Positions 35,009 to 45,450 of a DNA stretch of 64,000 bases are shown piece after piece. Below the pieces are notes generated by a model. It ran no database searches. It was given only the letters and a program-made list of their open reading frames with translations, and was not told the DNA's origin. Positions within the stretch are counted from its first letter, which is position 1, and each line of letters begins with the position of its first letter. The position numbers were made by a program, and so were the translations under genes. The stretch is taken from positions 11,952 to 75,951 of the IMG/VR virus record IMGVR_UViG_3300046030_000054. One strand, 5' to 3'. Source of the DNA: a virus (lineage: Duplodnaviria; Caudoviricetes).

Positions 35009-36958
35009 TTAGTACCTCTTGATCAAAGTGACTTTACTATCTAACTGCTTCAGACCATTTTCTAGTTCGCGAAGTTCGGCGACGTTAAAGGAATAGCCAA
35101 AGATAACCACACTTTGAACGTTTAACTGATGTGTACCAAGTTGATTTAACAGCTCTCTGGTCTGGTCAGCTCCCCAGCCTTCATTAATCAGATAGAGACG
35201 ATTATTTTCAACTTGATGAGCCATGTAATTGCCAAACTTAAGATCTTGAACGTTAGTATTAAATGAATAACCATCTTTAGCTAACCAAGTAGTTAAAATT
35301 GTTTCTTCACCTGTAGCATCTCCATCAATACCTAAGCTCTTACTAGAAAAGCCATCAACCATATTTGTAAACAGGTTAGTATTGTTAGGATCAAAGTCAT
35401 CAATTTCTTCCAACGTCTGTTTAACAGGCTTAACTACACGATAATGCTTAAAGCTGCCATCAAAATCTTCTGGTAAAGTTAATTCATTATCCTGACGAAT
35501 CTTTTTAGCAGCGCGCCGGATGCGTTCCCGCGAGATCTCGTCAATAGAACGGAAGCCTGCTTCATAGGCGGCTTTACCGCCTTTAGTCGGCACTTCGGAA
35601 CCATCGCTGTTGGTATGGTAAGTTTTTTCGGGCAGTTGCACCATGATGAACTTACGGTGTCCACCATCTTCAGCATTAAGCTGCATGACGGCATCGGCAG
35701 TGGTGGAAGAACCAGCAAAGAAATCAAGGACAAGAGAATCTGCATGACTACTATATTGAATAATCTTTTTAATAAGACTTACAGGTTTGGGACTTGAAAA
35801 GAAATCTCTGCCATCAAAAATTTTATCTCGTAGGTATTTTGTTGCAGCTTGGTTCATAAAAATATTATCAGTAGCAAACAATGAATCAACTTGCTTATGC
35901 GTACTCTTTAACTCACTGGCATATTTTTTTATGAAAAAACCTCTTTGTGATTCAGAATACTGCTTTTTAAATACAAATTTACCGTTTTGAATCCAATTTT
36001 CCATGGTACTTTTTGAAAAAGCCCAATATCGTCCTTTGGGTGGTAAATCTATTAAACCAGTATAGGGATTTTTAATTTCAAAAAATGTACTCTCAGAACC
36101 GCTCCTTGCGCTTGGGTTATCAGTTGACCACGGACCTCTTGGATCATTGTCAGGATTCTTGTAACCTTCAAGACTTTTTTTCTCACCCTTCAATTCCGCA
36201 GATTGTATATTTTGGGCATAGACATATAATGATTCGTGCTGTTGATTGAAACCAGATGAAGAGTCATTTGCAGTTGAACGGGTTTTGCGGATAATTTGAC
36301 CAATAAAATTAGCTTCTCCAAATATTTCATCTAAAAGTTCTTTTAAATTGGTATCTTCATTTTCGTCTATTGATACTAAAAAGATTCCTTTTTTTGAAAG
36401 TAATCTTTTAGCTAAAAATAACCTTGGATACATAAAAGTAAGCCAAGACGAATGGCTAGAGCGCCCTTGAATACTCTTTAATCGAGCGACTTGATCATCA
36501 TCCAAGCCAAACATATCTTTTAGTTTCTCATCACTATATTCAAAAGAATCTGGATAAACAAAGCCATCGCTGCCTGTGTTATACGGCGGATCAATGTAAA
36601 TAACATCAATCTTATTCTGGTAATTGTTCTGAAGATGACGTAAGACTTCTAGGTTATCACCAGTGAAGAATAAATTTTTGCTGTTCTTACCTTCGCCCTT
36701 GTTTTGCTTTTCATCAGGAACAATAACTGTGCTTGGCACTTCACCAGCTTGACGACGTGCGTAATCTTTACCAATGAAGTCAAGCTGATAGCCCTCACTA
36801 AGTTCATTGACGTTCTTTTGTTTCAATTCATTTTTAAATTTTTCTAAATCAAAAGATCCCTCCTTCGTAAAAAATTCTGGTAACTTATCTTTAAGTTCAT
36901 TTAAGAAAGCTGTGTTTGATTGTACAGTTTCATTATATTTTTCGTTATCTGTTTGCAT
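35009..36958 (-). CDS. mod: Type III DNA methyltransferase
   Basis: GDNLEVL, IYIDPPYNTG, LDFFAGSSTTA; start reset to MQTDNE after aggag. Confidence 0.93.
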   Translation of the reverse strand: MQTDNEKYNETVQSNTAFLNELKDKLPEFFTKEGSFDLEKFKNELKQKNVNELSEGYQLDFIGKDYARRQAGEVPSTVIVPDEKQNKGEGKNSKNLFFTGDNLEVLRHLQNNYQNKIDVIYIDPPYNTGSDGFVYPDSFEYSDEKLKDMFGLDDDQVARLKSIQGRSSHSSWLTFMYPRLFLAKRLLSKKGIFLVSIDENEDTNLKELLDEIFGEANFIGQIIRKTRSTANDSSSGFNQQHESLYVYAQNIQSAELKGEKKSLEGYKNPDNDPRGPWSTDNPSARSGSESTFFEIKNPYTGLIDLPPKGRYWAFSKSTMENWIQNGKFVFKKQYSESQRGFFIKKYASELKSTHKQVDSLFATDNIFMNQAATKYLRDKIFDGRDFFSSPKPVSLIKKIIQYSSHADSLVLDFFAGSSTTADAVMQLNAEDGGHRKFIMVQLPEKTYHTNSDGSEVPTKGGKAAYEAGFRSIDEISRERIRRAAKKIRQDNELTLPEDFDGSFKHYRVVKPVKQTLEEIDDFDPNNTNLFTNMVDGFSSKSLGIDGDATGEETILTTWLAKDGYSFNTNVQDLKFGNYMAHQVENNRLYLINEGWGADQTRELLNQLGTHQLNVQSVVIFGYSFNVAELRELENGLKQLDSKVTLIKRY

Positions 36959-36968
36959 CAAATTTCTC

Positions 36969-37214
36969 CTATTCTTCGTTAATTGGTACAGTTTCACAAA
37001 TGTCATTAAGATTGCAGTCTAAGCCAGTGCATATCTTCATTAAAAGATCAGTAGTAACATTAGCATCTTTTCCTAACTTAGCAACGGAAGCAGCGCTAAT
37101 ATCGCATTCAGTTTGCAAATCTTTTTTCTGTAATCCCCGATCAATTAACAATTTCCACAATTTCTTGTAACTAACCTTATATTTAATTTTTAAGTTATTT
37201 GGTTGCTTGCTCAT
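36969..37214 (-). CDS. Xre/Cro-like HTH regulator (possible R-M controller)
   Basis: VSYKKLWKLLIDRGLQKKDL..ISAASVAKLGK..KICTGLDC. Confidence 0.85.
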   Translation of the reverse strand: MSKQPNNLKIKYKVSYKKLWKLLIDRGLQKKDLQTECDISAASVAKLGKDANVTTDLLMKICTGLDCNLNDICETVPINEE

Positions 37215-38850
37215 TCCATGATCTCCCAAACAGTTCTTTACCACCACGTTCAAGTGTCAGAACTGTATTCTCTCTAATAATCTCTTGTGCTTTTTCTGAT
37301 AATACTTCAATACTATCAATCGAAATAAATATCTGCTTAGTTTCTTGAGCATACATTTCAATAATTCTATTTCTACGATCAATCTCAATATTTGAAAATA
37401 GTAGTGAATCATGAACAAAAAATGGTAGATGTGTTAAGTCAAGACAAGCTTGATCGAAAATAATTAATCCCTTGAATGATGTACCTGTACCTTGGTCATT
37501 AATCGTCTCAAAATTGTATCCTGTTGGTTTTAATTCAATTCGTGGAGGTTGAAATGAACTAGATCCGCAGACCTGCACATTTAAACTAGCCATTTTGGTG
37601 TTCAAAGAGTGCTGTACCTCTGCCAATTCAGTATTGATAGTCGCTTTTAAAGCATCTTGCTGATCTTTCTTGTCTTGTTGTAGCTTTTTCTTCTTCTGAT
37701 AATTTTTATTTTCGTCTTCTAATTGCTTCAATTCTGCTTTTTTATCAGCATACTCATTAAGTAAAGCAGTTTGGACATTTGGCCCTTGTTGATTCTTTAT
37801 TTTTTGTGCTTCATTAACTAGTTGAGAAATATGATGACTTAAATCCTCAACATTTTCTTCAATAGTATTTTTCTCTCGTTCAAACTCTAGTTTAAGGAAC
37901 TTAGTAATTTGATGATGGAATTTATCTATTTTTTCAATTCTTTGGATATCTACATCAGGAAAGAATTGCTCTAATTCATGATAATTATTTCGATACCTTT
38001 TAGGTCCGGCTTCTTCATTAGACTTTATGACATTTAATCTACTCAAGTAGATATTCTTCTGTTCCCTAAGTTGGGATAGATCATTTCTTATTTCTCTTAA
38101 ACGTGCTGCTTGCATATCATCTAAGTTTAATGAGCCTTCATTATTTTCAGATTGTAAGTCTGACAGCTTTTGTTTAAGGTGTTCAATTTTGTTTAGATTT
38201 TCGTTAAACCGTCTTTTTGTATCAACTATTGGAACATACCTGTATGTCCCTGCATTTTTAAATGCTGTGTAAGCTTCCTCGGCTTTTTTTGCTGCCTCTT
38301 CTCTATTCTCAATAGGAGAATATTTGTCAAACAACTTCAGTAATCCATAGACCTGCTGTTTAGCCGGCTCTTGATTGCTATTTTGCAAGGGTCTTTTTTC
38401 ATTTGTAGTTTGACGATTATAAACCCTCATAAAACGGCCAACTGCACCTCTAAATGTTAGTCCGGGTAAATCCAAATTATATTGCTCAGACAAAAAATCG
38501 AGATACTCCTCGACAGTTATTTTCTTATTATCTTTAGGGATGAATTTCTCGTTACAAATATAGATGTATTGAAAATCTTCTGTTGACCTTGAAAAATAAT
38601 ACTTTTTATCATTAAACTCAAAAGCGAACTTTATAATATGAGGACCTACATTTTTCTGGACATCAAGGTCCTTTTTCACATAATCAGTTCCACCAAATAC
38701 AAAGTCGATAATCATCAAAAGCGTTGATTTCCCAATTGAATTAGTTCCGCTATGACCACCTAAAATCACATTTAGCCCTTTATTAAAATAAATTGGTCCA
38801 CGTGGGTGCCCATCGACCATAAACTGATCACAACTAATTTGTTTTAACAC
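37195..38850 (-). CDS. DUF2326-type SMC-like ABC ATPase (Lamassu LmuB / ABC-3C ATPase)
   Basis: GTNSIGKST Walker A, central coiled coil, GTGTSFKG..FVHDS C-terminal half. Confidence 0.82.
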   Translation of the reverse strand: MLKQISCDQFMVDGHPRGPIYFNKGLNVILGGHSGTNSIGKSTLLMIIDFVFGGTDYVKKDLDVQKNVGPHIIKFAFEFNDKKYYFSRSTEDFQYIYICNEKFIPKDNKKITVEEYLDFLSEQYNLDLPGLTFRGAVGRFMRVYNRQTTNEKRPLQNSNQEPAKQQVYGLLKLFDKYSPIENREEAAKKAEEAYTAFKNAGTYRYVPIVDTKRRFNENLNKIEHLKQKLSDLQSENNEGSLNLDDMQAARLREIRNDLSQLREQKNIYLSRLNVIKSNEEAGPKRYRNNYHELEQFFPDVDIQRIEKIDKFHHQITKFLKLEFEREKNTIEENVEDLSHHISQLVNEAQKIKNQQGPNVQTALLNEYADKKAELKQLEDENKNYQKKKKLQQDKKDQQDALKATINTELAEVQHSLNTKMASLNVQVCGSSSFQPPRIELKPTGYNFETINDQGTGTSFKGLIIFDQACLDLTHLPFFVHDSLLFSNIEIDRRNRIIEMYAQETKQIFISIDSIEVLSEKAQEIIRENTVLTLERGGKELFGRSWNEQATK

Positions 38851-39061
38851 TGCTTATCACACCTGTTTCTTCATCAATGCAAATCCTGTTTAATATAAAC
38901 AAACAATCCAACGCCTCCACAAACTCACCCACATCATCAAAATATCTTCTTGTTCTCTTATAAAGATCTTGTGGGTTCATAGCTTGTTCGTTTAGTTTTT
39001 TCATTATTTTAGGAAGACTTGCTAATGTACTTTCCTTATAGTCAGTAACTTTACTGGGCAT
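38834..39061 (-). CDS. ABC-3C middle component (LmuC-like)
   Basis: 75 aa, MPSKVTDYKESTL..EFVEALDCLFIL; lies between effector and ATPase with overlapping ends. Confidence 0.72.
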   Translation of the reverse strand: MPSKVTDYKESTLASLPKIMKKLNEQAMNPQDLYKRTRRYFDDVGEFVEALDCLFILNRICIDEETGVISSVKTN

Positions 39062-40268
39062 TTTCAACTTCAAACACCTCACAATTTTGAACGAAAAAAG
39101 CCACTATAATTCTGGAAGCTTCTGAATAATCCTGAGGCAATTGTTCTTTAGCAAGAATCCAATCAGCCAAGTGATTAAATATTTCTTCCTGATCTAGTTG
39201 CTCACGCTTAAATTTAAAATAGGCTAACTTTATGGTGGTAGCTAATTCATCAAAAGAAAAATCTGGACCTTCCAAATTAGAAAATTGATCTTTGATTTTG
39301 TTGTAATAACCCGAAACGTAATAACTAACAGCCCCTTGTAAGGCATAATCATGACTTATCTTTTCTTCTACGGTATGTGCATCATAATCAATAACAGAAT
39401 TCGCTAAGTTTGGTTTAACCTTCTTTAGCCCCTGAATCACTTTAGTCAATTTTGCTTCTAAAGTTAGCTGATTTAGGCCTTGAGCGATTTGTTTTTCATT
39501 AATAACATGTTGTTTTTTCTGAATCAACCGTTGATAATCATTTAAGTTAGGATTATTGAGATAAACATTCGCACAATTTAAACATAATGGGATTTTATTT
39601 TCTAAGGCATCTGAATTTTCAGGTGCCTTTTTTATTTTGGCAAATTTAGCTTTTTCCTTTTCATTTAAGTTGTCAGGAAAGATATGGACAACATCATATC
39701 CTGCTATGGCATTGCTAATACCATTCTTAATCAAGCTCTCTCCACATAAAGGGAATTCTATATCGACATCATGAAGTAAACGCAAGTTATCGATGAAATT
39801 CTGATTTGTTTTGACATCATTAGTTTTTACAGAGGTTTCACCATTTTTGAACTTATTCAAAAAAGCTTTCATTATTTTGAAGCATACTTCACCCAAAGAA
39901 CTTGTAGTTACTTCAAATTGCTCCTCACGCAACTTATTTCGAATGCTTTCTCTTGCTCCTGGGGCTGAAAAATTAATTTCGTCTACAAACTTTTTCCCAT
40001 TACTAATTCTGCTAAGTAACTCTTTTGCATCTTTTTTAGGGATTGGCCTGGAGCCAATACAGTACTTGTTAATGGTGTCGGCTACTCTGCCTGCAAAAGG
40101 ATTCAAGTCCCCACTTTGTGCTTTTTCATCCTCCACATCAGTCTGTGGAGTACGAATGATCAAATCTATTAAATGACAAAAGAATTTAGGACGCCCCTTA
40201 TTATCTTTGCTCTCATCAGGGCTACCTAAATATGTCCATAGCATGTCAAAAAAATCAGAGAATTCCAT
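39051..40268 (-). CDS. ABC-3C/Lamassu effector (LmuA-like): N-terminal helical domain, degenerate HNH-like domain, ABC-3C C-terminal domain
   Basis: FPLCG..VVHIFP..ENKIPLCLNC and C-terminal QEEIFNHL..IIVAFFVQNCEVFE. Start is 40268 or 40331. Confidence 0.72.
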   Translation of the reverse strand: MEFSDFFDMLWTYLGSPDESKDNKGRPKFFCHLIDLIIRTPQTDVEDEKAQSGDLNPFAGRVADTINKYCIGSRPIPKKDAKELLSRISNGKKFVDEINFSAPGARESIRNKLREEQFEVTTSSLGEVCFKIMKAFLNKFKNGETSVKTNDVKTNQNFIDNLRLLHDVDIEFPLCGESLIKNGISNAIAGYDVVHIFPDNLNEKEKAKFAKIKKAPENSDALENKIPLCLNCANVYLNNPNLNDYQRLIQKKQHVINEKQIAQGLNQLTLEAKLTKVIQGLKKVKPNLANSVIDYDAHTVEEKISHDYALQGAVSYYVSGYYNKIKDQFSNLEGPDFSFDELATTIKLAYFKFKREQLDQEEIFNHLADWILAKEQLPQDYSEASRIIVAFFVQNCEVFEVENAQ

Positions 40269-40389
40269 ATCAATCACGCTCAACTTTCGGACAAAAAAGG
40301 GCAGATTTTGTCCCAAACTGTCCGAGTTCATATTTTCTTTTCAAATATACTGATTGTGAATTAAAGATAATAATTCAATTCACAATTTA

Positions 40390-40418
40390 AGTATATCGTT
40401 TACATACACGGTTCTCAA
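40390..40418 (-). promoter_or_regulatory. SigmaA promoter of the defence cluster
   Basis: TTGAGA-17-TATACT on the minus strand. Confidence 0.6.
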
Positions 40419-40519
40419 TATTTAATATGCGAACGCGAATTTTATCTATTGATTCAGCATGCATCGTCAAGCTAACGGTGTTCCAGCATGCTTCTTAATT
40501 GAATACTTTTACTGCAACC

Positions 40520-40632
40520 AGCCACTGGAAGGTTTGCTGCAGTCCCGAAACGAATGAGTTTTGGACTGCTTAGCACACTACCAGTGGCTCTTTTGGTCCT
40601 TTGCCTTCGTTTCGGGAGACCGGAACGGAGGC
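40520..40632 (+). ncRNA. Putative structured leader, copy B
   Basis: Helices 40520-28/40581-89 and 40544-54/40606-16; hairpin 40539-45/40563-69. Confidence 0.55.
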
Positions 40633-40640
40633 TTTTATTA

Positions 40641-41159
40641 ATGAAGAAAAGTAACAGTGAGTACGAATTAATCGGTGAAGAAAATGGAAAGCTAGTCGTT
40701 AGAGTCAAGCACATGGGAAACCAAGTAATCACTATCACCAAGGAACAGGGTAACGTTGCCTTTGACTTTGATCATAAGCAATATAATTCAGATCATCGAA
40801 ACGAACGGCATCAGGATAAATTCTTCGCTAATTCACAGGATGATCCAGCTATTAATGCAATCGACACAATAGCGGATCGTAGTTCCATGGAAATCACATC
40901 TGTTTACAGCAAGGATAACTTATTGGATTCATTAATTGAAAAGGAAGACCAGCGGTACCGCCAGCAATTGATTGTACAATTACCAGCTGCCCTGGCAACT
41001 TTAACTAATAAACAACGAAATGCCGTCCTCGGCTATTACTGCAAGGGACTTAAGAAGAAAGAAATTGCTGAGAAAATGAGTATTAGCCCAACCATGGTGG
41101 GAAGACATGTTAAAGCTGGATTAGTAAAATTGCGTAGTTTTTATAACAAAAAAGAATAA
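40641..41159 (+). CDS. Sigma-70 region 4 activator, copy B
   Basis: Homologue of 755..1273; start reset to MKKSNSE. Confidence 0.8.
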   Translation: MKKSNSEYELIGEENGKLVVRVKHMGNQVITITKEQGNVAFDFDHKQYNSDHRNERHQDKFFANSQDDPAINAIDTIADRSSMEITSVYSKDNLLDSLIEKEDQRYRQQLIVQLPAALATLTNKQRNAVLGYYCKGLKKKEIAEKMSISPTMVGRHVKAGLVKLRSFYNKKE

Positions 41160-41183
41160 TTTTCGTAAAAGTGAGCCAGATAT

Positions 41184-41217
41184 GGTTCACTTTTTTTCTG
41201 CTCCTGGCAAATAGGTG
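41184..41217 (+). promoter_or_regulatory. Bipartite motif copy B1
   Basis: GGTTCACTTT-N10-CTGGCAAAT. Confidence 0.6.
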
Positions 41218-41259
41218 TGAGAAATGGCTCACCTAACTTAATGAAAGGAGCTAGCAAGA

Positions 41260-41463
41260 ATGGCTAACAAAGTATCAATCAGTGTTACCAAGCATCCCCG
41301 CCAAGATGGCGTCGTCAGCATGCGCAACGTCACGATCCGTGAACGACTGCTACGTTTACTGCTCGGTAAACCGCATCACTTGATGGTGATCGCACCTGGC
41401 AAGGATGTTCAACAGTTGCAAATTAACGAAGTTAAGGAGGATTCCTATGAGCGCAATGAATGA
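41260..41463 (+). CDS. Small conserved hypothetical protein
   Basis: Homologue of 1369..1575. Confidence 0.75.
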   Translation: MANKVSISVTKHPRQDGVVSMRNVTIRERLLRLLLGKPHHLMVIAPGKDVQQLQINEVKEDSYERNE

Positions 41464-41764
41464 CCTCGATTTACAACTCAAGGAAGCTGAGAACCAGCTT
41501 GATCAAACCCAGGAAACCATTCGGTCCATTCGCCAATTGTTATCAAGCAACGAAAATGAAGCTTCAAGTGATGATGAGCAACCAAAGCGTGACTCAATTG
41601 AAGACAAAGTAACGGTTCGCAAGATGCTGGCAAAGAAGAGTGCCGAAGGTTATACCGACCAAGTGAAAGAATTGCTTCATAAATTTGGTGCGGAGAAACT
41701 CTCTGATGTGGATCCCAAGGATTACGAGGATCTTTACTACAGTGCGGAGGGATTAGGACAATGA
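41447..41764 (+). CDS. Conserved phage hypothetical protein
   Basis: Homologue of 1559..1894. Confidence 0.75.
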   Translation: MSAMNDLDLQLKEAENQLDQTQETIRSIRQLLSSNENEASSDDEQPKRDSIEDKVTVRKMLAKKSAEGYTDQVKELLHKFGAEKLSDVDPKDYEDLYYSAEGLGQ

Positions 41765-42900
41765 GTTCACCAACCCACCACGCATTATTATCGGCTTCCA
41801 GTGCTCATCGTTGGCTAAGTGCTCCACCACTACCACGACTAGAGCAGTACTTTCCGCACACCACTTCAAACGCTGCCGCTGAAGGAACAGCTGCCCACGC
41901 ACTAGGAGAATATAAGATCCATCGATTGCTCGGTGATAGGTTCAAGCGTCCTACTTCTGATTACCAATCAGATGAGATGGAAGACCTAACCGATGATTAC
42001 GCTAGCTATGTCCTGGGACAATACCACCAAGCTAAGAAGTATGCTTCTGACGCCACCATCAATGTGGAACAGAAACTAGACTTCTCCAAGTACGTTCCAG
42101 AAGGCTTCGGTACCGGCGACTGCGTGATCGTTTCTGATCACCTACTCCACATTATCGACTTCAAGTATGGCAAGGGTGTCCGGGTGGAAGCCAAGAACAA
42201 CCCTCAGATGAAGCTCTATGCCGTTGGAGCATTAGAGATGTTTGGCAGTCTGTACAACATCGATGAAGTTGAAACTACAATCTTTCAACCTCGCATGGCC
42301 AATATCAGTACCTGGACCATTAATGCCCAAAAATTGATGCACTGGGCCAATACCGAACTGAAAGAAAAAGCCGAACTTGCCTTTGCTGGTCAAGGTACCG
42401 TCCATTATGGTCCCTGGTGCCAATTCTCTTCTTGCAATGCTGTACTGCGAGCTCGTTTTGACCATCATCACAAGCTCACCCGCTTCCAGCTACACTCACC
42501 CAACCTGCTCACTGACGCGGAAGTTACCGAAGTACTGGAGCATATCGATGATTTGAATCGCTGGGCTCACGAAGTTAAAGACTATGCTGCTGACCTTGCC
42601 ATTAACCATGGTAAGCAGTGGCCCGGCTACAAGATTGTCGAAGGACGGTCCATCCGCCATTACAAGGATGAAGCTGCCGTAGCAAAAATTGCTGAAGAAC
42701 ATGGCTACCATGATATTTACCAAAAGAAGCTATTACCGATTACAAAACTAGAAAAACAGGTCGGTAAGAAGAAATTCACCGAACTGTTTAGTCAAGAAAT
42801 TGTTAAGCCTGCGGGTAAGCCAACCCTGGTGCCAAATTCAGATCGACGTCAGAGTATTAGCAAATCTAACCCACAAGATGAATTTAAGGAGGAAAAATAA
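41761..42900 (+). CDS. DUF2800 exonuclease
   Basis: Homologue of 1891..3030. Confidence 0.85.
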   Translation: MSSPTHHALLSASSAHRWLSAPPLPRLEQYFPHTTSNAAAEGTAAHALGEYKIHRLLGDRFKRPTSDYQSDEMEDLTDDYASYVLGQYHQAKKYASDATINVEQKLDFSKYVPEGFGTGDCVIVSDHLLHIIDFKYGKGVRVEAKNNPQMKLYAVGALEMFGSLYNIDEVETTIFQPRMANISTWTINAQKLMHWANTELKEKAELAFAGQGTVHYGPWCQFSSCNAVLRARFDHHHKLTRFQLHSPNLLTDAEVTEVLEHIDDLNRWAHEVKDYAADLAINHGKQWPGYKIVEGRSIRHYKDEAAVAKIAEEHGYHDIYQKKLLPITKLEKQVGKKKFTELFSQEIVKPAGKPTLVPNSDRRQSISKSNPQDEFKEEK

Positions 42901-42901
42901 T

Positions 42902-43453
42902 ATGTCACAACAAACTAAGGTCGTTACCGGTATCAACACTCGTCTCTCTTATGCCAACATCTGGGAACCTAAGTCTATCAATGGTGGTAAGGAAAAGTAT
43001 TCAGTTAGTCTAATCATCCCCAAGTCCGATCAAAAGACAGTCACTGCCATCGAAAAAGCTATCGATGCTGCCATTCAGGAAGGAATTGGAAAGTTTGGTG
43101 GTAAGAAGCCTAATAAGGCCACTCTCAAGCTACCTCTTCGAGATGGGGATGTGGAGCGTGATGATGCCGCCTACCAAGATAGTTACTTTATCAATGCTAA
43201 TTCGATCACGGCACCACAGATTGTGGATAAGCATGTCCAACCAATCCTTGATCGTGATGAAGTTTACAGTGGCTGCTATGCCCGAGTATCGATTAACTTC
43301 TATGCTTTTAACACCAACGGTAACCGTGGAATTGCCTGTGGCCTGGGTAACATCCAAAAGATCCGTGATGGAGAACCACTAGGTGGACATGCTAGTGCCA
43401 GCGATGACTTCACAGCGATTGATGGTAGCAATGACGATGATTTCTTAGCTTAA
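42902..43453 (+). CDS. DUF2815 SSB
   Basis: Identical to 3032..3583. Confidence 0.85.
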   Translation: MSQQTKVVTGINTRLSYANIWEPKSINGGKEKYSVSLIIPKSDQKTVTAIEKAIDAAIQEGIGKFGGKKPNKATLKLPLRDGDVERDDAAYQDSYFINANSITAPQIVDKHVQPILDRDEVYSGCYARVSINFYAFNTNGNRGIACGLGNIQKIRDGEPLGGHASASDDFTAIDGSNDDDFLA

Positions 43454-43508
43454 ACCAAAAGATGGGCAGTCGACTTTGACTACCCATTTTTTGTAGAAAG
43501 GATTTCTA

Positions 43509-45443
43509 ATGAAACAGCTTTCGATTGATATTGAAACTTATTCCAGCACCAACCTAAATCAGACTGGCGTCTATCGATACGCTGATAGCGATGATTTTGA
43601 GCTTTTGCTCTTTGGTTATGCTACCGACTTTGGCCCCGTCAAGGTGGTGGACTTAACCCAGGGTGAAAAGATTCCACCACAGATTATTGAAGCCCTAGAT
43701 AATCCCAACATTATTAAGAGTGCTTTTAATGCTCAATTTGAACGGGTCTGTCTGTCACGCTTTGTTGGTCACCGCTTAAAGCCAACTGGTTGGCATTGTT
43801 CTCGCGTTTGGTCTGCCACTCTCGGCTTACCATTATCACTACGAGATGTTGGAAGCGTGTTAGGGTTACCACGGCAAAAGATCACTGCTGGTAAAGAGCT
43901 TGTGCGCTACTTCTGTACACCTTGCAAACCTACGAAGGCCAATCAAAATCGCACTCGTAACTTCCCCTACCATGCTCCTGATAAATGGCAACAGTTTAAG
44001 CAATACAATCAGCGTGACGTCGAGGTTGAAATGGAAATCACCCAGAAGCTCGAATGCTTCCCCGTCCCACAGAATGAATGGGAAAACTACTGGATGGATC
44101 AAGACATTAATGATCGCGGTATCCGGATTGACCAACAACTGGTTAACAATGCGATCAAATGTCAAAACGTCTTCCATGACCAGTACTTACAAACTGCTAA
44201 AGAATTAACAGGTCTAGCAAATCCTAACTCTCCATTACAGCTAAAAGACTGGCTCCAGCAGCAAGGTATTAAAACTAATTCACTATCCAAAGCATCAGTG
44301 GCACAGCTATTACAAACCACTACCGGCACGGTCCATCAAGTTTTAGCTCTCCGCCAGTTGTTATCTAAATCAAGTGTCAAAAAGTATCAGGCTATGCAGA
44401 AAGCTATGTGCCAAGATGGCCGCGTGCATGGTTTACTGCAATTCTATGGTGCTAACCGTACCGGTCGTTGGGCCGGCAGATTAGTACAAGTTCAAAATCT
44501 CCCCCGTAATTCAATGCCCGACTTAGAAGAAGCGCGTGCGCTGGTCAAGCAAGGAAACACAACGGCACTAGCAATGCTTTACGATTCGGTCCCAGAGGTC
44601 TTATCCCAGTTAATCCGGACTGCCTTTATTCCAAGTGAAAGTCATCATTTTTACGTTGCTGACTTTTCAGCTGTAGAAGCGCGGGTCATCGCCTGGCTTT
44701 CTGGTGAACAGTGGCGCCAAAAGGCCTTCGCTAATAACGAGGATATCTACTGTACATCCGCTAGTCAGATGTTTGGTGTTCCAGTCGTGAAATACGGGAT
44801 TAATGGTGAGCTCCGCCAAAAAGGCAAGATTGCTGAATTAGCTCTCGGCTATGGCGGTTCTATTGGAGCACTTAAAGCCATGGGTGCCACCAAACTCGGT
44901 TTAACTGAAGATGAATTACCACCCCTAGTTGAGATGTGGCGGCAGGCTAGCCCTCACATTGTGCAATTTTGGTGGGACGTTGATAAAGCAGCTAAAGAAT
45001 GCATTAAAACCCACCTTCCTCAAGAATCTCACGGTATGAAATTCGCCTACCGCAGTGGTTGTATGTTTCTAAAATTACGTTCTGGTCGATCTCTTTGTTA
45101 TCCCCAACCTAAGATCGGCACCAATCGCTTTGGTTCTGAATCGATTACCTTCATGGGAATCAACACCGTGAAAAAATGGGATCGAATTGAAACCTATGGG
45201 GCCAAGTTGGTAGAAAACATTGTCCAAGCAACTAGTCGTGACCTGCTAGCTGAAGCAATGCGGCGGTTAGAAGCTACTGAGAATACGGTGGTAATGCATA
45301 TTCACGATGAAGCCGTAATTGACGCCCCAACTGGGCGTTCACTCGCTACCATGGTCAAGATTATGACTGAAGTGCCTGATTGGGCAAATGGTCTAATTTT
45401 GAACGCTGCTGGTTTTGTCGGTGATTTTTACAAAAAAGATTAA
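43509..45443 (+). CDS. Family A DNA polymerase
   Basis: Homologue of 3639..5573; motifs intact. Confidence 0.92.
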   Translation: MKQLSIDIETYSSTNLNQTGVYRYADSDDFELLLFGYATDFGPVKVVDLTQGEKIPPQIIEALDNPNIIKSAFNAQFERVCLSRFVGHRLKPTGWHCSRVWSATLGLPLSLRDVGSVLGLPRQKITAGKELVRYFCTPCKPTKANQNRTRNFPYHAPDKWQQFKQYNQRDVEVEMEITQKLECFPVPQNEWENYWMDQDINDRGIRIDQQLVNNAIKCQNVFHDQYLQTAKELTGLANPNSPLQLKDWLQQQGIKTNSLSKASVAQLLQTTTGTVHQVLALRQLLSKSSVKKYQAMQKAMCQDGRVHGLLQFYGANRTGRWAGRLVQVQNLPRNSMPDLEEARALVKQGNTTALAMLYDSVPEVLSQLIRTAFIPSESHHFYVADFSAVEARVIAWLSGEQWRQKAFANNEDIYCTSASQMFGVPVVKYGINGELRQKGKIAELALGYGGSIGALKAMGATKLGLTEDELPPLVEMWRQASPHIVQFWWDVDKAAKECIKTHLPQESHGMKFAYRSGCMFLKLRSGRSLCYPQPKIGTNRFGSESITFMGINTVKKWDRIETYGAKLVENIVQATSRDLLAEAMRRLEATENTVVMHIHDEAVIDAPTGRSLATMVKIMTEVPDWANGLILNAAGFVGDFYKKD

Positions 45444-45450
45444 TCTTCAT

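Noticed and set aside
35009-36958. Phase-variable simple repeats in mod (phasevarion)
   Set aside because: No tandem repeat tract seen, only short homopolymers typical of AT-rich DNA; the frame is intact.
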